DNA from: Bradymonadia bacterium
Lineage (GTDB): Bacteria > Myxococcota_A > Bradymonadia > UBA7976 > UBA1532
Reading direction: 5' to 3'
Length of the DNA: 64,000 nucleotides
NCBI GenBank assembly: GCA_046290225.1
Contig: JBKAGE010000001.1
Span: forward strand, 64,001-128,000
A model generated the notes under the pieces. It had not been told where the DNA came from. It did not search any database and saw only the letters and a list, made by a program, of their open reading frames with translations. The position numbers and the translations under genes were made by a program. This document shows positions 10,113 through 17,903 of this stretch, piece by piece (positions within the stretch are counted from its first letter, which is position 1; every line of letters starts with the position of its first letter).

Positions 10113-10958
10113 TCGCGAGAGACACTCACCGATGCGCGCTGCGGTGTCAGCGGGTGACTCCAGGTGGGCAGCGTGACCCGCACCGGGGATGACGATGTGG
10201 TGCCCTCGGGGCAGTGCCTCGAGCATCCGCTCGGCGATGCCTGTGAACTTCTCGTCCTCTGCCCCCGTAACGAGCCACACTGGCAGCGCGAGGGGGCTCA
10301 GCGCACCCCATAGAGACGGCATGGCTCCAGTGCCCATCCCCAAGAGACTGTTGGCCAGCCCCGTCGAGCTGTTCTGACGACGCCGCACCTCCATCAGCAC
10401 GCGGTACCGCTCAGGCGTTCTGCTCTGTGTGGCGATGATGGGCACCTGCCGCCACCAATCAGCGAAGGCTTCAACCCCGATGTCTCTGATCATCCGGGCG
10501 CGCTCGGCATCGACCGCTCGCCGAGCTGCACGCTCGGGCTCCCCCTCAATGCCCGGCGTCGCCCCGATGAGCACCAGGGCCGACCATCGACGCGGATCTC
10601 GGGCCGCGAGTGTCAGCGCCACCCGGCCGCCCATGCTGTAGCCGAGCAGTACGGGCTTCACCGCACCGAAACACGCTTCGGAGATGGCGAGCACATCGTC
10701 AGCGCAACGACCGATGGCGTAGCGCTCCACCGACTCGGGGGCCTCGGTCTGGCCGTGGCCCACGAGATCCGGAGCTGCGACGGACACCCCCTCGGGCAGA
10801 TGCTCCCAGAGCGCCTCGAAGTCTTCACCGCTCCCCGTGAAGCCGTGCAACGCCACCACGGGGACGCCCTCTTCCCCCCATCGCCAGACAGCATGGCGTA
10901 CATCATCGTGAAATACGTTGATGCGCTGTTTCGTGCCTCGGAGGTATGCTCGGCTCAT
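10101..10958 (-). CDS. menH: MenH-like alpha/beta hydrolase (SHCHC synthase)
   Basis: LHGFTGS, DLVGHG, nucleophile elbow GYSMGGRVAL, GLANSLLGMGTG, G..DEKF and AGHAAHLE. Start placed at the ATG at 10958. Confidence 0.85.
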   Translation of the reverse strand: MSRAYLRGTKQRINVFHDDVRHAVWRWGEEGVPVVALHGFTGSGEDFEALWEHLPEGVSVAAPDLVGHGQTEAPESVERYAIGRCADDVLAISEACFGAVKPVLLGYSMGGRVALTLAARDPRRWSALVLIGATPGIEGEPERAARRAVDAERARMIRDIGVEAFADWWRQVPIIATQSRTPERYRVLMEVRRRQNSSTGLANSLLGMGTGAMPSLWGALSPLALPVWLVTGAEDEKFTGIAERMLEALPRGHHIVIPGAGHAAHLESPADTAARIGECLSRSIR

Positions 10959-11577
10959 GGCCTCACGGTACACCATCGAACGACCGGTCACGCACGAGAT
11001 CGAGCCCATCAAAGGCTCCCGCTTCATCGTGGTGATCGACGTGGCGCTGAGCGGCGCCGACGGCAAAGCCCTTGTAGAGCAGTGTCGGGCCCGGTGGCCC
11101 GACGCCAGCCACCATTGCTTCGCGTGGCGAGCGGGCCCCGGACCCTTCGACACCCGATGCAGCGACGACGGCGAGCCCAAGGGCACCGCGGGCATGCCCA
11201 TGCTCCGGGTGCTTGAGGGCCGGCAGATGGTCTGCACCGCTGTTGTGGTCACCCGGTGGTTCGGCGGCACCAAACTGGGCACGGGGGGCCTCGCCCGTGC
11301 CTATGGCCAGGCCACTGCCGAGGGCCTCGAGCTCGCGGGTGCCAAACCACTGCGCACCGAATACGAGCTCTATGTGCAGTGCCCCTACGATCTGATGGGG
11401 CTGGTGAACCGCATCTGCGAGCAGCATCGCATCTCGCCCACCATGATGGGCTATACCGAGCAGGTCACTTTGAAGATCAAGGTGGCCGAGGCGGATCTCC
11501 CTGCGCTGCGTGCAGACATTCAGGAAGCCACCGCCGGCCGCATCATCTTGCCCGATCCCTCCACTTCATCACGATGA
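10957..11577 (+). CDS. yigZ: YigZ/IMPACT family protein
   Basis: IKGSRF, ASHHCFAW, SDDGEPKGTAGMPML and VVTRWFGGTKLGTGGLARAY; GGAGG upstream of ATG 10957. Confidence 0.95.
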   Translation: MASRYTIERPVTHEIEPIKGSRFIVVIDVALSGADGKALVEQCRARWPDASHHCFAWRAGPGPFDTRCSDDGEPKGTAGMPMLRVLEGRQMVCTAVVVTRWFGGTKLGTGGLARAYGQATAEGLELAGAKPLRTEYELYVQCPYDLMGLVNRICEQHRISPTMMGYTEQVTLKIKVAEADLPALRADIQEATAGRIILPDPSTSSR

Positions 11578-11595
11578 CACCACTGTGAGGCATTC

Positions 11596-12663
11596 ATGAG
11601 TCGTCGCCGCATCTTCAACGCCGGGCCCACGGCCCTCCCCCTCCCCGTGCTCCAGCGCGCGCAGGCTGACCTGCTCGATTATCAAGGCCAGGGTCTCTCG
11701 GTGATGGAGATGAGCCATCGCAGCCCGGGCTTCCAGGCCATCTTCGACGAGTCGGTGGCCGCCCTCACCGAGGTGCTGAGCATCCCCGACACCCACGAGG
11801 TGTTGTTCCTACAGGGAGGCGCCAGCCTGCAGTTCGCCATGCTGGCCTACAACCTCGGCGACGGCGGCGCCTACTTGAACACCGGAGCGTGGTCCACCAA
11901 GGCCCTCAAAGAGGCGAACATCCTCGGCAAGGGCTCGGAGATCTGGAGCAGCGCCGACACGGGCTTCAACGCCGTGCCTCAACCCGACGAAGCCCTCAAT
12001 CTGCCCTCGGACACCACCTACCTGCACTACACCAGCAACAACACGATCTACGGCACACAATACAGCGCGCCGCCCAAGGTCGATGTGCCGTTGGTGTGCG
12101 ACATGTCCAGCGACATCATGTCGAGGCCCGTGGACATCGGGGCCCACGACTTCATCTACGCCGGAGCCCAGAAGAACGCCGGCCCCTCAGGGGTGACCAT
12201 CATCATCGCCAGGAAGGAGATCCTGCACGGGGCTCCAAAGCGCGAGGGCGTGCCCACGATGTTGCGCTACGACACCCACGCCAAGAAGGGGTCGATGTTC
12301 AACACCCCGAACACCTTCGGCATCTACCTGATCGGCCTGGTGGCTCGATGGGTGCTCGATCAGGGGGGCGTCGAAGCCATGGCCCGGCTCAACACCCAGA
12401 AGTCGAGCTTGCTCTACGACATCTTCGACGATCGTGCCGACATCTTCGCCGGCCACGCCCAGCGCCACAGCCGCTCGCAGATGAACGTCACGTTCACCAT
12501 GCGAGACGACAGCGCCACCCCAGCCCTGCTCGCCGCAGCAGCTGATCGGGGCATCATCGGTCTCAAGGGGCACCGAAGCGTCGGTGGCCTGCGGGCGTCC
12601 ATCTACAACGCCGTGCCCCTCGAAGACGTCGAGGTGCTCGCCGAGCTGCTCCGCAGCGTGTGA
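11596..12663 (+). CDS. serC: 3-phosphoserine/phosphohydroxythreonine aminotransferase
   Basis: FNAGP, SVMEMSHRS, FLQGGASLQF, DMSSD, PLP-lysine motif YAGAQKNAGP, NTP and LKGHRSVGGLRASIYNA. Confidence 0.98.
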   Translation: MSRRRIFNAGPTALPLPVLQRAQADLLDYQGQGLSVMEMSHRSPGFQAIFDESVAALTEVLSIPDTHEVLFLQGGASLQFAMLAYNLGDGGAYLNTGAWSTKALKEANILGKGSEIWSSADTGFNAVPQPDEALNLPSDTTYLHYTSNNTIYGTQYSAPPKVDVPLVCDMSSDIMSRPVDIGAHDFIYAGAQKNAGPSGVTIIIARKEILHGAPKREGVPTMLRYDTHAKKGSMFNTPNTFGIYLIGLVARWVLDQGGVEAMARLNTQKSSLLYDIFDDRADIFAGHAQRHSRSQMNVTFTMRDDSATPALLAAAADRGIIGLKGHRSVGGLRASIYNAVPLEDVEVLAELLRSV

Positions 12664-12670
12664 GGTCATC

Positions 12671-13006
12671 ATGGGAGAAGACGATCAGGAGGAGGCGACC
12701 GTCATCGAAGAGATGGGGGTGGCCGAAGACGTCGAAGGCTATATCGACAACCTGGAGTGGTACGACTGGACGGCCATCTCCGTAGCAGGTGTCGTGCTGC
12801 TGTATTCCCTGGTGAAGTCCTCCAGCTTCGACGTCATCGTCGTCCGCGGTGGGGTTCTGGTGGGGCTCACCTGTCTCGTGCTGACCCGCTGGACCGACAA
12901 CAGCATCTTCAACTGGGCCTACATCTATCTGGGTGTCAGCCTGTTCATGTGGATCTTCCGCCCAGTGCTCGGGCAGTTCGTCTCGAACACCCCAAATCGT
13001 CTGTAG
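12671..13006 (+). CDS. Small membrane protein (about 3 TM segments), unknown function
   Basis: GAGG RBS directly after the serC stop; acidic N-terminus followed by three hydrophobic segments; host-like codon usage. Confidence 0.7.
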   Translation: MGEDDQEEATVIEEMGVAEDVEGYIDNLEWYDWTAISVAGVVLLYSLVKSSSFDVIVVRGGVLVGLTCLVLTRWTDNSIFNWAYIYLGVSLFMWIFRPVLGQFVSNTPNRL

Positions 13007-13163
13007 ATATTCTACCCAGTGCATAAACACCCTGCGCCCCTCGTCGGGCCGGCGCCTCCAGCGCCAGACGGGTGTTCCACTCAAACGAGACCGAATCTAT
13101 CAAAGCCCCTCTGAGCAGCTTTCTGGAGTGTTGAACATCAACGGCTCGATCAGGGAGTAGCCT

Positions 13164-14579
13164 TTGAGAATCGCGATTCAATTGTGCCTGTCTTCGCTCT
13201 TGTTCGGGTGCGCGGCCACCAGCTACGACGACGAGCCAACTGAATCAGCGCTTTTTCTTCAGAGCGAAAAGCAATCCCTGGTGAAGCGATTGCACGACTG
13301 GGCTGAAGACAACGCTCGCAAGACGTGCCCGCGCCCAGTGCTGCACGGACAGCCCACCCCCGGAAACGGTGAAGAGGCGCTTCTCGATGCCATCAGCCAT
13401 GATGGGCCCAACGCCCAATGTTATGAGGCGCTCAAGTCTGTTCGAGAGAAACAGCCCAAGACCTCGTACTCAGTCTCCGACATCTCCCTCACTGATCGGC
13501 TGAGCGCCGACGAGCGTTCGAAGGTGTTGGCAGCGTGCGCCTCGGTGCCTGATCAGATCACCCGCTTCGCCGCCTATGAGCAGATGTGCAACCCCATCAT
13601 GCAAGGCCGGCGCTCGGCACGCACCGACAACACTCGGAGTCAAGCGATTCAGCTGGCCCAAGCCACGGCACTCCATGGTCGCCACCTTGCCACGAAAGAT
13701 CCGACAGCGGCCCTGAAGTTGCTCCTCGACGGTGTGCGGGTGCAGCACGATCTCGAGCGGGGCGGCCGTCCTTTTCTCACGGCAGCGCTCAGCACGCATG
13801 CCACAAGATCTCTCGGCGCAGCGATCACCGTCGTCCTCGATGATCCTCGACTACAGACCGCCGACCTCGTCGAAGCTGAGCGCATGATCGATGTGCTACT
13901 CGACACTCTGCCTCCGGTGGGCGGTGTCGCAATAGACGAGCGACGTGACGTCGCCTACTCCATCGCCTTCATCGAAGATCAGCCCGCCAACCAGCCATCG
14001 AAGCCAGGCGTCGCCGACATCAAGCCAGATCGCTGGCCCTTCCTCATGTACTCCGACGAGTCTGCAGAGCTCCACACCCGTCTGTGCCCACATGAAGCGA
14101 CGCTCGAGGCGTGTCTGTCGGGGCTCGGTGATGCGGCGAAGCTCTACGACGAGATCGCCTCACGCCGAGACAAAGCCGTGCTCGAAGCCGGCGCCTCTAC
14201 ACCGGCTCGATACATTGAAAAGCGCCGCGGAGCCCTGCGACGCCTCAACGAACTCACCTCACCAGACATCAACTGGCTGCGGCAAATCGCCCGTCGAGAA
14301 GTGATCTTGAGGGCGCTGAAGCTTCAGGCGGCCACCCATCGACTCGCAGGGGGCAATGGTCGATGTCCGCAAGGCGATGCACGAAACAGCGACACGCGCA
14401 CAGCTCTGATGCGCATCCCCTCCATCGGCGACACCTTGCAGGTGCGCCCCCGTGACGATCAGGCAACTGGAGCGTGGTTCTACCTGCCAGGGCAATTGTT
14501 GGGGGACGATGCTGTAGACAAGATGGTCGTGGGCGGTATCCGCTGCGCACCTGAGAGTGCACTCGGCGCCCCACAGTAA
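13164..14579 (+). CDS. Hypothetical helical lipoprotein
   Basis: GGGAG RBS, TTG start, lipobox LFGC; 471-aa ORF with several Cys. Confidence 0.75.
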   Translation: MRIAIQLCLSSLLFGCAATSYDDEPTESALFLQSEKQSLVKRLHDWAEDNARKTCPRPVLHGQPTPGNGEEALLDAISHDGPNAQCYEALKSVREKQPKTSYSVSDISLTDRLSADERSKVLAACASVPDQITRFAAYEQMCNPIMQGRRSARTDNTRSQAIQLAQATALHGRHLATKDPTAALKLLLDGVRVQHDLERGGRPFLTAALSTHATRSLGAAITVVLDDPRLQTADLVEAERMIDVLLDTLPPVGGVAIDERRDVAYSIAFIEDQPANQPSKPGVADIKPDRWPFLMYSDESAELHTRLCPHEATLEACLSGLGDAAKLYDEIASRRDKAVLEAGASTPARYIEKRRGALRRLNELTSPDINWLRQIARREVILRALKLQAATHRLAGGNGRCPQGDARNSDTRTALMRIPSIGDTLQVRPRDDQATGAWFYLPGQLLGDDAVDKMVVGGIRCAPESALGAPQ

Positions 14580-14592
14580 AGCATCACCCCGC

Positions 14593-16302
14593 TCACTCTT
14601 CGGGGCGGTCGCTCCCGGCGAAGATGAACTCCTGGACCCGCGGATCGGGATGATCCTGCAGTGCCTCTGGCGTGCCCACCGCCACCAGGTGCCCTTTGTA
14701 GATCATCGAGATCTGATCGGCGATGCGGAACGTCGAGGGCATGTCGTGGCTGATAACGATCGAGGTGATGTTGAAGGTCTCTGCCGCCTCCACGATCATG
14801 TCGTCCACCCGCTTCATCATGATCGGATCCTGCCCGGTGGTGGGCTCGTCGTAGATCATGATCTCGGGCTTGGTCACGATGGCCCGGGCGAGGCCCACGC
14901 GCTTGCGCTCACCATTGCTCACCGCCGCGGGGTAGCGGTCGAGGATGTCTTTGACCTTGAGCTGCTCGGCCACTTCTTCCACGCGCTCTTTGACGGCCTT
15001 CTTCTTCCAGCGCAGACGCTCGGCGAGGGGGAAGCCGATGTTGTCTCTGACAGTCATCGAGTCGAAGAGGGCAGCGCTCTGGAACAACAGCCCGATGCGC
15101 GCCTGCACCTTCTGCATCTCCTGGCCGCTCAGCCCATTGAGGCGCTGACCGAAGACATCCACGGTGCCTGCCGTGGGCTGGAACAGCCCGATGATGTGCT
15201 TGATGAGCACAGATTTACCCGAGCCCGATCCACCGATGACCACGGAGATCTTCTGCTTGGGAAACTCGAGGGTGATCCCCTTGAGCACCTTGTTGGTGCC
15301 AAAGCTCTTGTGCAGGCCTTCCACCACCACGACGGGCTCGCCGCCAATGCTCCTGGGCACAGGCACGATGGGCCCACCCTCGAGATCGGGCACCACATCG
15401 ACGGTGCTGATGTCTTCCGAGACCGACGAGGCGTCGGGCAGGCCCTCGATGCGCTCGACCTCGGGCGCCTCATCTGTGTGGGCAGCCTCACCACGGGTCA
15501 AACGCTCGGTGGAGATGTTCGCCATGAAGGCCTTCACCGCGGGCAGATCACTCGACGCCACCTCGTCGAAGGTGCCCTCGGTGATGATCTTGCCCCCTGA
15601 CAACATGGCCATCTGATCGGCGAGTCGCTGGTTCGACGCCATGTCGTGGCTGATGATGACCGAGGTGATCTTGTACTCGCGCTGGGTACGGATGATCAGG
15701 TTGTCGACGAACTCGATCATCACCGGATCGAGGCCCGTCGTGGGCTCATCGAAGAGCACCACCTCGGGGTTGGTGATGACGGCCCGGGCGAGGCTGACGC
15801 GCTTCTTCATGCCCCCGGACAACTCGCTGGGCATGCGGTGCCGGGCGTGGGGCAGCTCGAGCATCTCGAGCAAATCGTCCACGAGCTTGGCGATCTCCGG
15901 GGCCTTCATGCGCGTGTTCTCCCGCAGCGGGAACGCGATGTTGGCGAAGACGTCCATGGAGTCGATGAGGGCGTAGCTCTGGAACACCATGGTGCAGCGC
16001 TTGCGCAGCTCGGTGCGGGCGGTCTCGCTGGACCGGGCGAGATCTTCCCCGAAGAGGCGCACCTTGCCGCTGTCGGGGATCACCAGACCGTTCATCATGC
16101 GCAACAAGACCGACTTGCCTGACCCGGACTCGCCGACGATGACCGTGGTCTTGCCAGTGCCGATCTTGAGGTTGAGGCCATCGATGATGGTCTCGCCGTC
16201 ATAGCGCTTGGTGACGTTCTCGAGCTCGATGACGGGCTCGCTGTCGGGCCACCGCGTGATGTCGGGCAGCAGCAGGTTCTTACGGGTGGTGGGGCTGTTC
16301 AC
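14593..16302 (-). CDS. ABC ATPase with two tandem MlaF/Mkl-like nucleotide-binding domains
   Basis: Two Walker A motifs (GESGSGKS, GGSGSGKS), two Q-loops (FQSYAL, FQSAALFDS), signatures LSGGMKKRV and VSNGERKRV, DEPTTG twice and ISHDM twice. Start placed at GTG 16302. Confidence 0.92.
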   Translation of the reverse strand: MNSPTTRKNLLLPDITRWPDSEPVIELENVTKRYDGETIIDGLNLKIGTGKTTVIVGESGSGKSVLLRMMNGLVIPDSGKVRLFGEDLARSSETARTELRKRCTMVFQSYALIDSMDVFANIAFPLRENTRMKAPEIAKLVDDLLEMLELPHARHRMPSELSGGMKKRVSLARAVITNPEVVLFDEPTTGLDPVMIEFVDNLIIRTQREYKITSVIISHDMASNQRLADQMAMLSGGKIITEGTFDEVASSDLPAVKAFMANISTERLTRGEAAHTDEAPEVERIEGLPDASSVSEDISTVDVVPDLEGGPIVPVPRSIGGEPVVVVEGLHKSFGTNKVLKGITLEFPKQKISVVIGGSGSGKSVLIKHIIGLFQPTAGTVDVFGQRLNGLSGQEMQKVQARIGLLFQSAALFDSMTVRDNIGFPLAERLRWKKKAVKERVEEVAEQLKVKDILDRYPAAVSNGERKRVGLARAIVTKPEIMIYDEPTTGQDPIMMKRVDDMIVEAAETFNITSIVISHDMPSTFRIADQISMIYKGHLVAVGTPEALQDHPDPRVQEFIFAGSDRPEE

Positions 16303-16342
16303 GGGGTGAGGATGGCGATGGTCTCGAGCGGATGCAAGGCCA

Positions 16343-16684
16343 TCAACGGGGCCGGGTATACGTCCGCTTCCGTTTCTTCTTGGGCAGGCGCACCGGCAGG
16401 GCCTCGACGACGACGTCACCGTGGACCTCGGACTGGCAGGCCAGACGCTCCTGGGTGAGATGGAAGATGTTCCCCAGCTGGCGCTTCTCAAGGGCATTGG
16501 GCGACGAGAGGTGCGCCATGCCTTCGAGGACCTTCACCTTGCACTGCACACAGGCGCCGGCACCGTTACAGAGGGTGTGCACCGGCGCCTCGACCTTGTG
16601 GGCCAGGCGCAACAATGTGTCGCCGTCTTCCGCCTCGACGGTCCAGCGCTCTTCTTCTTTGACGAATACGACGGTGTGGCTCAC
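16343..16684 (-). CDS. 2Fe-2S ferredoxin (adrenodoxin-like)
   Basis: C-x5-C-x2-C (CNGAGACVQC) plus RLACQ. Confidence 0.92.
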   Translation of the reverse strand: MSHTVVFVKEEERWTVEAEDGDTLLRLAHKVEAPVHTLCNGAGACVQCKVKVLEGMAHLSSPNALEKRQLGNIFHLTQERLACQSEVHGDVVVEALPVRLPKKKRKRTYTRPR

Positions 16685-16777
16685 GGCAGGCCCTGAGATC
16701 GATCACATGCAGAGGTTCAGATGCCCAAGTACCACATTTGGCCGCGTCGAACCTGAAGCTGATGTTCAGAGGCCCTC

Positions 16778-17572
16778 TCAGCCACCCGCGACGGCAGGCT
16801 GGCGGCTGGCTGCGGTGATGGGTGTGATGCGCCCCGCCACGGGGTGGTAGAGCGTGTCGGTGTAGATGCCGTGCACGGCATCGCGCAGGGCCTCGGCCCG
16901 GCTCTTGTCGTCGCCTTCTTCCGGCGCCCACACGGGGGGCAACACGGTGACGGTGATGTCTTCTCGGGCATGGGCCTCGGAGATCTCCAGACGCCCCTTG
17001 GCCATCAACCCGCCCGTCCCTCGAATCACCAGAGGCAGGATGGGCTTGTTCTCCGTCACCGCGGTGCGGAAGGCGCCGATACGGAAATCCTTGATCTGCC
17101 CGTCAGGGCTGCGCGTGCCTTCGGGGAAGATCAGCACGTCGGCGCCCTCTTCGAAGACCTCGTGGATCAAGTGTGGCAGCTGACGGTTCTCGGCTTTGGC
17201 CTTCTCACCCCGGGCCACGGGGATGTGCCCTGCCGCCGTGAGGTGCCACCCGAGGAAGGGCACCTTGAACACCCCTTCTTTGGCCATCCAGCGGTAGTCC
17301 CGCTTGACCACCGCCCCGAGCACCAGGATGTCGAGCAGGCTCAGGTGATTGCTCACCAGGACCGCCTGTGGTGCGCTGTCGAGCAGCTCGCCGTTGACGA
17401 GGCGCGGCTTGAGACCGACCCCCTTGCAGGCCAGCTTGCACCATTGGTGCATGCACCACTGAGAGACCTGGTTCTCCCGGGTCACCAGCGCCCCCATGAT
17501 GGAGACCGTACCAAAGCCCACTGCGGGCAAGGCCACCCAGCCCCAGTCTTTGGCCGCCTGGAGATAATTCAT
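16778..17572 (-). CDS. plsC: 1-acyl-sn-glycerol-3-phosphate acyltransferase (PlsC family)
   Basis: NHLSLLD (HX4D), AKEGVFKVPFLGW and IFPEGTRS. Confidence 0.92.
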   Translation of the reverse strand: MNYLQAAKDWGWVALPAVGFGTVSIMGALVTRENQVSQWCMHQWCKLACKGVGLKPRLVNGELLDSAPQAVLVSNHLSLLDILVLGAVVKRDYRWMAKEGVFKVPFLGWHLTAAGHIPVARGEKAKAENRQLPHLIHEVFEEGADVLIFPEGTRSPDGQIKDFRIGAFRTAVTENKPILPLVIRGTGGLMAKGRLEISEAHAREDITVTVLPPVWAPEEGDDKSRAEALRDAVHGIYTDTLYHPVAGRITPITAASRQPAVAGG

Positions 17573-17580
17573 GCTCGCCT

Positions 17581-17609
17581 CGTGTCGAATCCGTGTCGAA
17601 ATCTAGAAT
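17581..17609 (+). promoter_or_regulatory. Tandem 9-bp direct repeat CGTGTCGAA (11-bp period) followed by a TAGAAT -10-like box
   Basis: CGTGTCGAA at 17581-17589 and 17592-17600; TAGAAT at 17604-17609. Lies between the plsC start and the MITE. Confidence 0.35.
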
Positions 17610-17621
17610 CTGCAGGGTTTA

Positions 17622-17780
17622 GAGGTCCTAACACAACGGCGGACCGAGTCAGGAGGGTGAGGCGCGAGTGAGGCAGTCGAAAGAACCGCAGGCGGGCCCA
17701 AAGGCCCGTCGAGGACGCTTTCGGCTGCATCGCGAAGTGCATCACCCTCCTGGCGACGGGAGCTGTTTTGTTAGGAACTC
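17622..17780 (+). mobile_element. 159-bp MITE with IS5-family (IS1031-group-like) ends that folds into a long rod
   Basis: TIRs GAGGTCCTAACACAAC and GTTTTGTTAGGAACTC (14/16 complementary); TTA direct repeats at 17619-17621 and 17781-17783; internal stems CAGGAGGGTGA/TCACCCTCCTG, GCAGTCGAAAG/CTTTCGGCTGC and GGGCC-CAAA-GGCCC; no transposase. Confidence 0.78.
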
Positions 17781-17788
17781 TTAGATGC

Positions 17789-17818
17789 CGCCAGTGCGCA
17801 CATTGTTACACACTGGCG
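17789..17818 (-). terminator. Stem-loop downstream of the TonB-dependent receptor gene
   Basis: CGCCAGTG...CACTGGCG inverted repeat; no clear U tract. Confidence 0.35.
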
Positions 17819-17903
17819 AACACTCTGCGTCAAGACGTCAACTGTGGTGCAACACTTGAGTGTTCGGGCAGATGCCCACCTCGACACATCTCAGAGAGGT
17901 CTC

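Noticed and set aside
10959..11282. Long N-terminal extension of the menH ORF
   Set aside because: It is antisense to the well-conserved yigZ gene and has no hydrolase similarity.
17622..17780. 6S RNA, SRP RNA or riboswitch interpretation of the long hairpin
   Set aside because: It has no large central bubble or recognisable 6S motifs, no SRP GGAA loop motif and no cobalamin-box. Terminal inverted repeats with a TTA duplication fit a MITE better, though an ncRNA role is not excluded.
17814..17828. Sigma-54-like GG-N10-GC motif
   Set aside because: Poor match to TGGCAC-N5-TTGC and no + strand gene downstream.
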